Positions 1 through 13,529 of a stretch of DNA of 64,000 bases are shown here, one piece after another; positions within the stretch are counted from its first letter, which is position 1, and every line of letters starts with the position of its first letter. The stretch is from assembly GCA_040285855.1 (NCBI GenBank), contig JAUFOQ010000001.1, positions 2,666,001 through 2,730,000 on the forward strand, in the 5' to 3' direction. Source of the stretch: Eukaryota sp. GEM-RC1. Lineage: Eukaryota. The notes below the pieces were generated by a model. The model was not told the origin of the DNA, ran no database searches, and saw only the letters and a program-made list of their open reading frames with translations. The translations under genes and the position numbers were made by a program.

Positions 1-2840
1 AAGTTGTCCCTTTTCTCCTATACCAAACGAAAACACTTTGCCATCCTGGCGCAGTAACAACACATGAGTAGCACCAACAGAGATAGAATGGATGTGATCC
101 AAGTGATAAAGATCACATCGTGGATCAATTTCAGGATAACCAGTGTTAAGAGTACCAAATATAAAGAGATCACCTTCTACAGTTAAGATTGCACCAGCTC
201 TATCGCCAACTGAGATCATTTTGATTGGAGTTTCCTTGATTGGCAAATAGTTGGTATCATATTGAATGCAATCGCCGGATTTACGAATATTGACTCGTTT
301 TTCAAGGTTCTCAACTACTACTGGTAATTTACTGCCATTTCGTCTAGCACTAGAACCGAAACCAGCTGGTACAAAGTCAATACTCCACATTTTTAAAATA
401 TCATTATCGTAGTGGAATCCCCAAGTTTTAGAAATTCCAAACTTATACTGGAATTTGTCAACTTCTGGGAGGATAAAGTCGTCAAGAGGTGGAATAACAA
501 CTTGAGGTAGTTCAATTGGTGGCGAATTATTTAGCAAGTTGAAATTAATAGGTTTAAATTCAACTGAATGTCCAAAAGTCCCATCACCTAGCTGACCTCT
601 ATTATTAACACCACAAGCATAGACTTCTCCATTGGAAGAAACTGCTAAAGAGAAGCCATCACCAGCAGCAACGTATTTGACGTCATTTAAAGAGACTTTA
701 ACAGGACTATCTCTAGATTTACAATCACCTAAGCCCAATTGACCCAGACCATTTGCACCCATTGAAAAGAGATTTCTGTGGAAGTCAACAAACAACACGT
801 GACCACTACTACTTGCCACGTGGACAATGTTCTTTAGATAAGGAACAAACACTGGTGTTGTATATTCAGATGTCTTTTCTATATGAGAATAATTGGACAA
901 CGTGTAGTAAACAGTGCCGTTTTTCAAGAGACAAAATAACTGTGTTGACGTGGCAGTGATGTAAGCCACATCATCAATAAACCGTGATTTTACCGCAATC
1001 TCTGCAGCATCTTCTTCATTACCGTTTCCATATATTGCTCCATTACCACCCTTAAACCAAACACTGCCATCCTTTTCAAGACAGCAACACAGCCATTAGG
1101 AGCCGCAACTTGCTGAACGTCATCAAACCCATCAAAGTCAACAGCCTGAGTCAAGTCTTTTTTAAACACCGCTTTAAGTTCACCCCAAACTTTAATAGAA
1201 CCATCCTTCTGAAGAACAACTGAATGGTACATACTTCCAGTAATTTGAGCAGTAGAAGAGAGGTCCTTGAGCTTAGTAGCTTCGTAAAGGCAAGCACTGT
1301 TGTAATCTTTATCATGACCTTCAGCCATCTGTCTAATGTAATACCCCCAACCATAAGCTTGACCAGCTTCATCAATGGCATAGACAGTAAGAGCAGCAGT
1401 AGAGATGGAGGTTATGGGAAACTCAGTAGGAATGGGAATCTTTATAGGAACTCCTGAGCATAGGAATCCATCAACTTGAGGACGGCCTAACTGGCCACGA
1501 TCTCCATCACCCCAAGCATAGACAGAACCATCAGGTTTAAGAGCAACGGCGGAGTACATACTAGCCGCAAGTTTACCATAGAAAGGATTGGATGAGATTT
1601 CAGAGAAGGATATGGAGAAGGAAGAATCATCAACAGGGAAAGACAGAGGTTGTGAAGGAGAAGGAGAAGAGGAAACTCTAGTGAATGAGGAGATTCTAGT
1701 AGGTGAAGGAAGACTTCGTTTAAAAGAGGGGATGTCCGTAATGTCGATACCCAAAACTCCCATGTCTCCCCAACCAAACAGTCGTTGTTTGTCATCAAGC
1801 ATAAATATAGCGGAATCCATAGGAATTATAGCAGTTGCAAGCATAGACAATGTTGACTTGGACCAGGAAGTATTCCAGCGATATGCGGGAGTAGCATTCT
1901 CGAGAAGTAGACGGTTTTCCATATTTTCACCTGTACCAAAGACAGTACCATCAACGCAGATGGCGAATCCATGTTTCTCAGACAGAACGATATCTTTCAC
2001 GGGGGGTAGATCGACTTTCTTTATGGGTAAAACATCAGGATACACGTTGAGAGACCCAGGGCTTATTCCCCACTCAAACATCGATCCATCACTTGTTAAC
2101 GCCAAAAAGTATTGCTTTGTGATAGCGACCTCGGTGACAGTGACACTGGAGAGATCTTTGACAGGAAAAGGAAAGGTTTTCTTTGAATCAGTATCATGCC
2201 CAAGAGCAGTATGTTCTCCCCAAGTATATACAATTCCATCACTAGAAAGAGCGATTCCAGCGATTTCAGACAACCCAATTTGACAAATGTTGGGCAAATA
2301 AGGAATACGAATAGGTAATGGACGAGCATCACCTTTACAACCAGTTCCTAGAGAGAACCTCTCATTCTTTCCAAAAGCCCAGACGGTTCCATCTTTTTTG
2401 AGAAACAGGAATCTTCGATTTGAAACCTCAATTTGCATGACATCATCGATCGTCTTAACAAGTGTTGGTTTTGGCAGAATATCATCATCCTTTATTCCCT
2501 CAGTTTGTACAAGGTCTGCTACATAACGACCCCAAGCATAGAACGTTCCATCTTCCAACAGGGCAACAACAGTGTGATCACAGCAGGTAACGGACTTGAC
2601 TTTATTCAAGTGAGGGATTTGTGTAGGAATGTGTGGTGTTCCTGGTCTTCCAAGAAGGGAATCAGAATCGGACCAAGAATACAGTATCCCATCAGTATCA
2701 ACAGCAAACACGCCAGCTGAAGATCCAGCGACACTGCGAAATCGAGTTGTGGTCAATTTAGAAAGGAGGTTCCTAAACATCAAAATGGATAAATGGTCTT
2801 TTCTTAGCGTGATACTACGTGTACTTTTGACCCTAGACAT
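1..2840 (-). CDS. Large RCC1/BLIP-II repeat protein (several beta-propellers); 3' end runs off the window
   Basis: Many RCC1 motifs (LKPDGSVYAWGDGDRGQLG, LKKDGTVWAFGKN, VSSNGEVYACGVNNRGQLGDG, LRQDGKVFSFGIGEKGQL). Adding one base to the A-run at 1073-1076 restores LKKDGSVWF and leaves the frame open to position 1. Start is ATG 2840 or ATG 2780. Confidence 0.85.
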
Positions 2841-3884
2841 CACTGTTACGACATCACTTCTCAATGTGCTTAGAATACGACCATGTTCAAAGGGCTATGT
2901 ATCTGCCCTCATGGTAGAATCCTTTCCATTCTGGTTTCCGTTTTACAGCGCTCACTATTTGTCACGTAGTTACAATTTAACATCAAATAGCTTTACGGTG
3001 TTTCTTTTTATATATGCATCAATGGGAAACTCTCACACGTTTGGAGATGTCTAGACTAAATTCTGTTCCGTGTATACGCCACAATTGCACTTCGTTTTTC
3101 CTCTGTGGTCACACGTCTCAACCTTTCAAAGAGGGTTTGGTGATATGAAGGTCAATGCTCATCTCAATCCTACCTTCATTTTGAAAAACTGGCAGAATCT
3201 ACAATCTGTTTCTTTTTTTTAAGAAGGTGTTTTTCAGCGGTGTGAAAATATTTAATTATCTATTAGCTCAATAGATTGAGTAGTGAACAATATTCTGATT
3301 GAAGATACTTCTTTGAAGTAATGGCGATTGCACAACAACAGAATGAGTGAGATCCAAATATTTTTGGAAGAACAAATAGTGTCAAGTACAATTTTGAACA
3401 AGAGTAGTGGACATCAATTTCCTTAATTTCAGACAAAGAAGAGACTCAGATAGAATTGTATTGGCTTCAGCAACCTCCAATCGATCACTTTACAATGTAA
3501 TTCTTCAAAAAAATCACAATGTATTACTGTAAAAGAACAGCACTCCAAAATATTAATATATTGCAATGTATTGCAATAATATTGTTTATTGTTTCAGTCA
3601 ACAAAAATTGAATTGTTGGTCCAGTAACTCACAGAACAATAAATAAATAAATAAAGAGACATTTATATATTTTTCCCCACCCCTGTTCCACATAGCAATT
3701 TAAGCAGCAATAGTTCTGGGGTTTGACCATATGATGAGACGTGTCATTAAACACTTTACAATTACTGTGTATGTATCGATATGTGTCATGAAGAAAAACA
3801 GAATTAAACTAATGAGAGTGACGAAGTGAACGTGGTGATTTCGTTTGGTTGTTCAAAATGTTGCCAATGATATTACATTTGAAT

Positions 3885-4190
3885 TGCTCAAAGCTCATGG
3901 CAAAGTGGAATCCTTATTAAATCTGTAATTAAATGAACAATTCTCGTTTGAAGAAACATGCATGACCGCTTTATTCATTCCAGTCAAATAAAACGTGATG
4001 TTACAACATTAGATCCATGTACTCAAACAAAGGAGAATAACTTCAAAAGAGTTAACTGAAAAACGTACGACACATTTGCAATCTAACGTTAATGACGAAA
4101 TTATTAATGTTCCGTTTGCTCTTTCTATTTTTGATAGTATTGGTGACATGGCTTCTCAGTATTTAACATAGCTATCAATTACGAGAACGT
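3885..4190 (+). mobile_element. Degenerate 3' fragment of a CRE-like non-LTR retrotransposon
   Basis: Broken translation KAHGKVE..DVTTLDPC..VPFALSIFDSIGD matches the endonuclease region of the element at 55152-55991 (FKANGFHGKVEP..DFTTVDPC..QPFAVSLYG). Confidence 0.5.
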
Positions 4191-4193
4191 CGC

Positions 4194-6224
4194 ATGTCAT
4201 TCTGCTTCAGTGAAAATTTCTCAACACATGTTCTGATGTTGATTCTGCCCACACCAATCGTTTCTCTCATCCAGTATCGTTTGTTGGATCGATATCTCCT
4301 TGTCGATCACAGTGCTAAGCATACAGTATCCTTATCCGATGTTGTATCCTCATCTCCTACAGCAACTTCTTTCTCTACTCTCATCCGCTGTTGTAAGAGG
4401 CTCTTCGTGACTGTTGGAATTCTTTCTGATCGTTTCTTTAAATGTCATCTTTCTTGTGTCCGCTTAATTCTTCGAGATGCTCAACTACTTGTCCAATCCT
4501 CTGATGTTCTGTTGTATACTGAATTATGTGCTCTTTTTGAAGCTAAGTTGGGATCTGTCCATTTACAAGCCACTGATGTCGATCTTTCCTCTTTCCTAAC
4601 CTCATCTTCTTGTATAAACACTTCAAATATCAAGTCCATCATTGAACCCACTGGTCCTTACTTTTCTTTCCTTTGCCAATCATCTCCTTTGTTTTGTCCT
4701 CATTTGCAAGAACTTTCTCTAACTCTTTGGGACATAAATAAAGCTACTCATTTAGGTGAAGCATTGCAAGAAAACCATACTCTCAAGTCATTATCATTGT
4801 CTGATTCACCCAACCATGATCACATTGGACCTGAAGTCACGGTGTTTCTTGCTGACGTCATCAGAAAAAACACCTCTATAACACATCTCAACCTTTCACA
4901 AATGACTATTCATGACCAAGGCCTCCTTTCTGTAAGTGCATCGTTATCAACCAACTCAACTTTGGTTTACCTAAATCTACAACGAAGTTCTCTTGGATGT
5001 GATAGTATAGCTGCTATGGCCATAGCTCTAAGCAACAATTCATCTATCAAAGAACTAGATTTAAAAGGTAATGAAATCGGAGATGTTGGAGCTCTAGAAC
5101 TTGCTAGATTACTCAAGAAGAATATCAGTATTTTAAAATTGTCTCTTCAGAGTAATTCCATTGGCGTTAATGGTGCGAATGGATTATCAGAAGCGTTGAC
5201 TGTTAATTCTACTTTAACCAACTTGAATTTAATGCATAATGCTTTTAAAAGACGTGGAGTTGAGGTATTAAGTGAGGGTTTAAAACTGAATTCTGGACTG
5301 AAATATTTAAATCTTAGTTACAATTTCACTGAATCACTAGGAGCAATAGCTCTCGCGGAAGCTTTAAAGATTAATTCTGTTCTTGAGAATTTACTTCTTG
5401 ACGGATGTTCAATTGGTTCAGCTGGAGTTACAGCTCTTGCTAATGCTCTTGCTTCAAATTCTTATATCTTAGTTATTTCTCTAAGTCAAAACAGTGTGGA
5501 TTCTACTGCAGTTAAAGCTTTGAGCGAAGGATTGAGAACTAATTCTTCCTTGAATAGTTTAATTTTTGAAAGTAATTCATTGGACGATGATGGACTTTTT
5601 GCTTTATCAACTTCTTTACAGAATTCCAAACTCAAACTACTTGATCTCGACTATAACTCACTCAAATCCAAATCAGGAGATAATCTGGCTATTATTTTAA
5701 ATACTGTTACTAATCTTCAAGTACTCCGAGTCGGTTTTAATTCACTTAAATGTAAAGGAGTAGCCTCCTTGTCTCAAAGTTTGAATTTAAATTTCTCATT
5801 AAAAAGGTTATATTTGAATAACAACTCTATTCAAAAGTCAGGGGCTATAGCTTTAGCAAATGTATTGTCATCTAATTCTACATTAGAAGTCCTTTCGTTA
5901 AATTACAACAATATTGGAGACAAGGGGTTTAAGGTTTTGGCGGAGTCTTTATGTGTTAATTCTACTTTGAATACGTTACAAGTAGAGGGGAATTTTATTG
6001 GAAACAAGGGAGCCATTGCATTTGCTGAAACTTTAAGAAATAATGTTGCTTTAACTTTTGTTAATCTTCATGGTAATATCATTGATAACAAAGGTGTTGA
6101 TAGCCTTGTGCCGGCATTGGAGACTAATCTCTCAGTTGCTTTAATTGATCTGTCTTCGAATAATGTAGATGGAAATGCTTTTAATTCAAAAGGAGGTAGA
6201 ATTCGATGGTACAGTACACCTTAG
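4194..6224 (+). CDS. Leucine-rich repeat protein, ribonuclease-inhibitor/NLRC3-type 28-aa repeats, with a non-LRR N-terminal region
   Basis: 676-aa ORF with many LxxLxLxxNxIGxxGAxxLAxAL repeats. No NACHT/P-loop seen. Confidence 0.88.
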   Translation: MSFCFSENFSTHVLMLILPTPIVSLIQYRLLDRYLLVDHSAKHTVSLSDVVSSSPTATSFSTLIRCCKRLFVTVGILSDRFFKCHLSCVRLILRDAQLLVQSSDVLLYTELCALFEAKLGSVHLQATDVDLSSFLTSSSCINTSNIKSIIEPTGPYFSFLCQSSPLFCPHLQELSLTLWDINKATHLGEALQENHTLKSLSLSDSPNHDHIGPEVTVFLADVIRKNTSITHLNLSQMTIHDQGLLSVSASLSTNSTLVYLNLQRSSLGCDSIAAMAIALSNNSSIKELDLKGNEIGDVGALELARLLKKNISILKLSLQSNSIGVNGANGLSEALTVNSTLTNLNLMHNAFKRRGVEVLSEGLKLNSGLKYLNLSYNFTESLGAIALAEALKINSVLENLLLDGCSIGSAGVTALANALASNSYILVISLSQNSVDSTAVKALSEGLRTNSSLNSLIFESNSLDDDGLFALSTSLQNSKLKLLDLDYNSLKSKSGDNLAIILNTVTNLQVLRVGFNSLKCKGVASLSQSLNLNFSLKRLYLNNNSIQKSGAIALANVLSSNSTLEVLSLNYNNIGDKGFKVLAESLCVNSTLNTLQVEGNFIGNKGAIAFAETLRNNVALTFVNLHGNIIDNKGVDSLVPALETNLSVALIDLSSNNVDGNAFNSKGGRIRWYSTP

Positions 6225-7134
6225 ATTTAGGCTCGTTTTCGACTTCAACTTTCAAGTATCTGGTTCAGAATTTACTGTAGATGGGAGCCGGCTTACAATT
6301 TGCTCACGACTCAGCCACATGTATTAACTAGCCAGATCTGGCTTACAACCCATTTTAGCCGGCTAAAGCCGACTCAAACTCATCGATTTTTGCTTCAATT
6401 ATTTAGGCCAACTGTTTAAATTTGTTATCGACTTGTTGATTAATATATCAGTAAAATGATACATAACGATTGTTAATGACAACTACATACATTCCAGTTT
6501 TCACAGATTTTATCAGGTTAGATACATGAGTTCATTTTCGAATAGACAACAAGTTTACAGAATTGTATTGGTGTCCACTGTGTATTGTACAAGTAAAATC
6601 TGTTGACTCTTGAGGAATACATAGAGAACGTAAATTCATTACGTTTATAAAAGCATCTCAGTCAAATGAAGTAATCAACTTTAAAAAATATATGTACAAT
6701 GTAGACAAAAGATTCATGTAAATCTATAAGTATAAGTCGTTCTACTTTCTTTTCAAGCACTAAATTTCCATATCCAATCCAGTTGATAAGCAACGTATGT
6801 ATCGTTTTTTGATTGAACTCAGATAATGCTTAGTCGTTTGATATCTGTGATTATCATGGTCTTCCTTTTATTTGAACTTGATATGTCCTTTGTTTTTTTA
6901 CAACTAATTACGTGTAGCTTAAATCTCAATTGGAACTGCTATGTTTTTGCTTCCAAAAGTATAAAGTACTTATACAGTGTTTATGGTGGTGACATTAATC
7001 ATTATCTATACTTAAGTAAACAACTTACATTGAAAATCGGAATATTATCTAAATTGCAGTTCAGTAGATACAAATGTACTGGGTAACATCTTACTGTATT
7101 TACCAGAAAAGAAATACCTTTTGCTTTGCTTCTC

Positions 7135-8690
7135 ATGTCATTCTCTCTTCCCCCAACAGAAACTCTTTCTGTCATTCTGGATGATCCTTCCCTATGCAAT
7201 CAAACCATTACATTTGCAGAAGAGTCTATTGAAGTGAACAAATTCATCCTTGCTGCTCTTTCTACCTACTTTCGGTCTCTGTGGTTCTTGGAGTTTGGCG
7301 ATAGAGACGAAAACCCAATCGACTTCTCCCATCTACCTGTCCATTCCAACAACTTTCTTGCCTTCATCAAGTCCTTCTTCGGACGATCATTCACCCTCAA
7401 CGAGAACAATGCCTATGACTTCTACTACCTTGTCCACTACTTCCAAGTGGACAAACTTATTTTACAGGTGGAAAACCACCTCAACACTAATCTCGTGACC
7501 TGGGCTTGGTTAAAACCATTCATTAAGGAAGCAGATGAAAGGAATGACTTGAGAGCTCTGGAATTTGTTGGTCCTTTTTTTTCTAAGATTGATGACCTTG
7601 TGATTGATGAAGTGATGGAAATCACTACTGAAGGGTTAAAAACTCTTTCAAAATACTGCACTTCCACTCAATCTCAATCGTGGTTCGTCAAATCAACGGT
7701 GGAATCAATTTTGAATCAGAGTTTTGATTTGAATGAGTTTTTAAATGTTCTAAATTCTTGTTCAATTGAAGCTCTTTCTTATTCACAATGGGATGAGTTC
7801 CTGTTTGTTCCTTTAAAAGATGTTGAAGAATTGGAAGTCGATTTGATGAAGTTTTTGTTTACAAGAGTTAAGAATCTTTATTTTGACTCTTTGGTGAAGG
7901 AAGTTTCTGATTTAAAGGAAGAAGTATCTGAATTGACCTTACAGAATTTTGAATTAACTACCAAAAATTCGGATTTAGAAAGTAACAATTCAGACTTAAA
8001 CACACTTACCACTGATTTAACAACGGAAATTCATTATTTGAAGACAACAATTTCTGAGTTAGAAACAAACAATGCTCGTTTAACAACTGATATTCAGAAT
8101 TTGACCACTACAAACTCTTACGAAATTGCTAAACTAAAACAAGAAATTGAACAACTTAAAAAGTCAACTACAGAAACTCAACTGGTGTCTCAATCAGTTC
8201 CTCAGTCAAAGGGATTAGATTCTCCCCAACTAAGAAACATTCTCAGTTACAAGTTAGTGGGGATAGAAAGAGAGTTGTTGTTGGAAGTGGTGGTCATGGG
8301 GTCAGACATATCTTGGGAGAAGATCCACTTCTTCCAGGTAATGAGTATACTTGGAAGTTGAGGTACCAGGGTCTTACTGGTGGTCTTGTTGTTGGAGTCA
8401 TTGACGAGTCAAAGTTTAGTGTCGAAAGTAATTGTTATCAGAAAGGTCACTGTTCCTCCAATTGTGGTCTTGTTTGGGGTTGTCTCTCAGGAAACAAAAC
8501 TCAGTGGAATCCTGGTGAATTACTCGAAATCAGTGTAAATCTCATTAATCACACTTTAACAATCAAATCTGTGAGTAATTCTTCAATTAATCTTACTGGA
8601 ACTCTTCCCAGATTAAGTAGTGGTAATTATTATCCGTATGCTTATATGTATTACAGTAAACACGTAGTTGAAATCGTTGAATATACTTGA
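7135..8690 (+). CDS. BTB/POZ - coiled coil - SPRY/B30.2-like protein, copy 1 (one frameshift near 8210)
   Basis: BTB motif VNKFILAALSTYFRSL..YFQVDKL, heptad repeats, and a SPRY-like C-terminus (YTWKLRY..LVVGVIDES..PGELLEISVNL..YYPYA). One base is missing relative to intact copies 3 and 5. Confidence 0.85.
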
Positions 8691-9247
8691 TAACGTTTAT
8701 GTAAGTTTCCCAATTTGAAGTAGTGATTCAAATTTATGGATGATGACACTAATATAGAAGACATACTTCTGAAAATCGACATCAGTACAACTGTTGATGA
8801 GCGTGATTAGAACTTTTGCTTCAATATACGTAATTTAGCTTTTTGGTAATGTATGCATTGTTTTAAACAGCTTTAAAGAACATTAAAAACTAAAACTCAG
8901 CTAAACTCCCGGTATCTGTGCAATAGTACATAAGATATGAACTTTTAAATTTGTATAATTTCCAAGTGAACTTAAATTATGACAAAAACTCAAAATGGTA
9001 CAAATAAAATCCAAAAAGCGTCTAGTATCATTGAAAAACAAAAGAAACAACGACAACTTCGACATCAGAACGAACAATGGATTCATCTGCTTCCATCAAA
9101 ACGAAAAAGCCTTTGATAAATAGGTATAAACTATGAATTAATACTCTTTAATTTTCATCTATCGACTTATGACATACATTAAAAATTTTAAAAATTATTT
9201 CCAAAATAGATTGAAGAAGTGATGACGTATCACGTGCAAGACTAAAA

Positions 9248-9432
9248 TTATTCCAATATATACATAAAGATCTTTCTAGATTCAAATTATTCCAATTCTG
9301 ATTCAAATGTTACAGCATAGACTCTAAAAAACCAATCCTAATATTATTCCAAACAATACATAAAAATCTTTATAAATTCAAATTATTCCAATTCTGATTC
9401 AGGTCTTACAGCATAGACTCTAACTAACCAAT
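9248..9432. repeat. Imperfect tandem duplication (~95 bp unit) of the STT3 3' end and 3' flank
   Basis: ttcaaattattccaattctgattca..ttacagcatagactctaa occurs at ~9281 and ~9376. Confidence 0.75.
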
Positions 9433-10511
9433 GTGAAGAAGTATAAACTTCATCCAAATAATCAAATGAAATATCCTTATTTCCAATCTCCACGTTTCTA
9501 ACACGATCAAAACCAGCAGGTCGTTGATAATCAAGCTGAACTTCTCCAAATCTATAATAAACTGTCTTATACAACAACGAATTGAACATCGCTGGTGGTG
9601 CTTCCTTATCTACTCTATACTCTCCTCTTTCAGTTAGATAGTCTGACTCCTTAATATCACCAAACTCTCCACCTCCAATACGTACCATCCACAAGAACTT
9701 GTTAACGTCATCAGAAGCGAATCCAGAAAGACCACCAAAGAGAACTAAAATATAGTCAACATCTAGCTCTCTGAGAGTTTTAATAGCTTGGTCCTCAGGT
9801 AAAGCAAAGGCTCGACCAACAGTAGCAATAAGAGAGGTATTCCAGGTATTGTTGTCTACCAATACTGTTCTATTAGCCATACCACTAATTTGATATCCAT
9901 AATCCCACCAAGACATAATCCTGGCATCTTCAGGTGTATTGTTGTTCAACCAAGCATAAGCTTCTCTGAAATCATCAAAGATAACTTTAGATCCATCCCC
10001 ACCTCTAGCTGCTAGGACAACTGAAGGAGAGGAGTAAGCAGAGGAGGTAACCCATACACAATGACGAATGTAGAAAGCCAGAAGGATAGTGATGACAGCG
10101 ATTGCAGTGTATGAGACTTCAGTTGGAATAGTTTTGATTCCAATTTGAGGTTTGACAACCTTTTTAGGTTTTTTAGAATCTTTTGATGAAACAGGAGGAC
10201 TGACACGTGCCTTTTTCTTTTTCTTGAGTTTTCTTGACCATTTTGTCGTTGATTGCAGTGAAATGAGGCTGAAGTACTGATGAAATACCAATTCCACTCA
10301 ATATACACACGACTGGAGAAAGAATCAACATTAACCGAACCATTACTCCAGTGAAATACACAGAAGTAACAAAATAGAGTACAACAAACAGAGCTTCAGG
10401 AGTCAACTCCTTCTTAAACAAACAATAAACATCAAAAGGAGCAAAGATTGTTAGCAAATGAAGATCAAAGAAGAAATACCTGGATAAACACTTATCCTCA
10501 ATGTTTACCAT
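9383..10511 (-). pseudogene. STT3: STT3 oligosaccharyltransferase catalytic subunit, C-terminal half only
   Basis: [28 protein letters not shown] and YFTGVMVRLMLILSP motifs. One frameshift in a purine run near 10215. No N-terminal half is recognisable upstream of ~10490. Confidence 0.8.
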
Positions 10512-10742
10512 AGTAAAAGAGTCCTCATCATGTAGATGACGTAGAGAAGTGATGGTGAGAGGAAGTGCAATGGAACTCTGTTCTTAGTCGAAAGTAATAG
10601 AGTACAAAAGATAGAATCTTTGGATATGATGAGTAGGTGTAGGATGAATGACAGTGGTACGATGTCACTGTTTTGTTTTTTGACTTCTACTAGTAGTTGA
10701 GTTTAACTGAACTATTTCTCTTCTCATTTTGTCTTGATCCTG

Positions 10743-12270
10743 ATGTCGTTCTCCCTTCCCCCAACCGAAACTCTTTCTATTATCCTTGATGAACCGTCCC
10801 TATGCAACCAAACCATTACATTTGGAGAAGAGTCTATTGAAGTGAACAAGTTCATCCTTGCTGCTCATTCTACCTACTTCCGATCTCTTTGGTTCTTGGA
10901 GTTTGGTGATAGAGACGAAAACCCAATCGACTTCTCCCATCTCCCTGTTGACTCTAACAACTTTATTGCCTTCATCAAGTCCTTCTTCGGACAATCTTTC
11001 ACTCTCAATGAAAACAATGCTTACGACTTCTACTACCTTGTCCACTACTTTCAAGTGGAAAAACTGATTGTACAGGTGGAAAACCACATAAACACTAATC
11101 TCTTGACCTGGGCTTGGTTAAAACCATTCATTAAAGAAGCAAATGAAAGAACTGACTTGAGAGCTCTGGAATTCGCTGGTCCTTTCTTTTGTAAGATTGA
11201 TGACCTTGTGATTGATGACGTGATGGCAATCACTACTGAAGGGTTACAAACACTGTCAAAATACTGCACTTCTACTCAATCACAGTCGTGGTTTATCAAA
11301 TCACTGGTGGAATCAATTTTGAATCAAAGTTGTGATTTGAATGATTTTTTAAATGTTCTAAATTCTTGTTCAATTGAAGCCTTTTCTTTTCAACAATGGG
11401 ATGAGTTTCTGTTTGTTCCTTTAAAAAATGTTGAAGAATTGGAAGCCGATTTGATGAAGTTTTTGTTTACAAGAGTTAAGAATCTTTATTTCGATTCCTT
11501 GGTGAAGGAAAATTCTGATTTAAAGCAAGAAAATTCTGAATTAACTACTAAAAATTTGGATTTAGAAAGTAACAATTCTGACTTAAACACACTTACCACT
11601 GATTTAACAACGGAAATTCATTATTTGAAGACAACAATTTCTGAATTAGAAACAAACAATTCTGGTTTAACAACTGATATTCAGAATTTAACTAGTACAA
11701 ATTCTAACGAAGTTGCCAAACTAAAACAAGAAATTGAACAACTTAAAAAGACAACTACAGAAACTCAACCGGTGTCTCAATCAGTTCCTCAATCAAAATG
11801 ATTAGATTCTCCCCAACTAAGAAACATTCTCAGTTACAAGTTAGTGGGGATAGAAAGAGAGTTGTTTTTGGAAGTGGTGGTAATGTGGCTAGAAATATCT
11901 TGGGAGAAGATCCACTTCTTCCAGGTAATGTGTATACTTGGAAGTTGAGTTACCAGGGGCATACTGGTAATCTTTTGTTGGAGTCATGGACGAGTCAAAG
12001 TTTAGTGTCAAAGGTAATTGTTATCTGAATGCTCACTGTTTTCACAATAGTAATGGTGTTCGTGGTTGTCTCTCAGGAAACAAAACTAAGTGGAATCCTG
12101 GTGAATTACTCGAAATCAGTGTAAATCTCATCAATTCCACTTTAACAATCAAATCCGTGAGTAATTCTTCAATTAATCTTACTGGAACACTTCCCAGATT
12201 AAGTAGTGGTAATTATTATCCATATGCTTTGTTATTTTATAGTGATCATGTACTTGAAATAGTTGAATAA
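10743..12270 (+). CDS. BTB - coiled coil - SPRY-like protein, copy 2 (frameshifts near 11795 and 11973)
   Basis: Same architecture as copy 1. Both breaks are single-base losses in A or T runs when aligned to copy 5. Confidence 0.83.
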
Positions 12271-13397
12271 AGTTGATAACGTTTATGTAAGTTTCCTCAT
12301 TTGAAGCAGTGATTCAAATCTATGGTTGATGACACTAATAGAGAAGACTTTTACTTCTAAAAGTTGACATTAGTACACCTGTTGATGAGCCTGCTTTTAA
12401 TATAGAACTAGATCAAAAACTATTATTATTTAGTTTAGCATGACAGGAATTCGTGAAGCTTATCCTGATTAGAACTTTTGTTTCAATATACGTAATTTAT
12501 GCAGCTTTTTGGTAATATATGCATTGTTCTATACCACACTTGGGTATCACACTTTATAGTGACTTGACATTAGTGAGTCATATTAGTGAGTTATTTTTGT
12601 GAGTGATTTTTGGGTCAAAGTATGGTGTTATATTCTAATTGAAGAATAAACCAGATCAATGTTTACTATTATGTGTGTAATATCGAACGATTTATATGAT
12701 TCAATCTAAAAGAATGCAAGAGATCACATTTTACTTCTCTATCACATGACCACATCTATATACTACATAAAGGAACTCACATCTAGTAAAGCTTTAGCGA
12801 CGATTCAGGGAATTGTTTCACACACAGAATAACTAACAACTTATACTCTCACATGATCAAAACGGTTGCTCATCCTCTGTTTACGATTTTTCCGGTATTA
12901 TTTAGAAAATTGAGTCCACTTTTTCATAAACTAGCGTAAATTGAACATCCAAATGACATATTTCATATTCAACACGTTTCACATGTTTAAGAGTCATCAA
13001 TGGTTTTTTGTACTTATCTTGGTTCCACAGCGACATTGAAGATCATTAAACAGTAATGACACAATTCAACCCAAAAGTCATCTAGTATCAATCAAAAACA
13101 GAAGACACAATCAATTCTTGGGAACTAGCACCATCAATAGTTTTGGATTGTTATGTTGTTATCACAGTGGCAAAGCCTTTGATAAACAGGTATATTTGTT
13201 AATATCTATATTACTATTGATATTAGACCGAATGTGAACAATATTTAATGTTCTTCCCAAAATGAAATCAAAAAACTGGTGACGTAACTTGTGAGGTCCA
13301 AATATTATTCCTATCAATACTTAAAAAGATCTATAAATTCTACATAGACCATTTTGAAACTAGGTTATGACTAATTGTTGTGACCAGTGTAGTTATG

Positions 13398-13495
13398 CCA
13401 ATTCTGATTCAGGTCTTACAGCATAGACTCTAACTAACCAATGTGAAAAGGTATAAACTTCATCCAAATAATCAAAAGAAATATCCGTATTTCCA
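13398..13495 (-). pseudogene. STT3: Second short fragment of the STT3 3' end
   Basis: Near-identical to 9388-9485 (caattctgattcaggtcttacagcatagactctaactaaccaatgtga...). Confidence 0.75.
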
Positions 13496-13529
13496 TGGTT
13501 GTGATTTATCATGTACTGTTTCACTTAAT

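Noticed and set aside
6275..6385. GCCGGCT-rich cluster, and similarly the ACCCG cluster at 48664-48755, as transposon ends
   Set aside because: No partner TIR or TSD could be identified.
11790..11805. ATGA stop/start overlap before the SPRY domain (also at 27721-27724) as translational coupling
   Set aside because: Copy 5 reads CAATCAAAAATGATT in one continuous frame, so the overlap results from a one-base loss.
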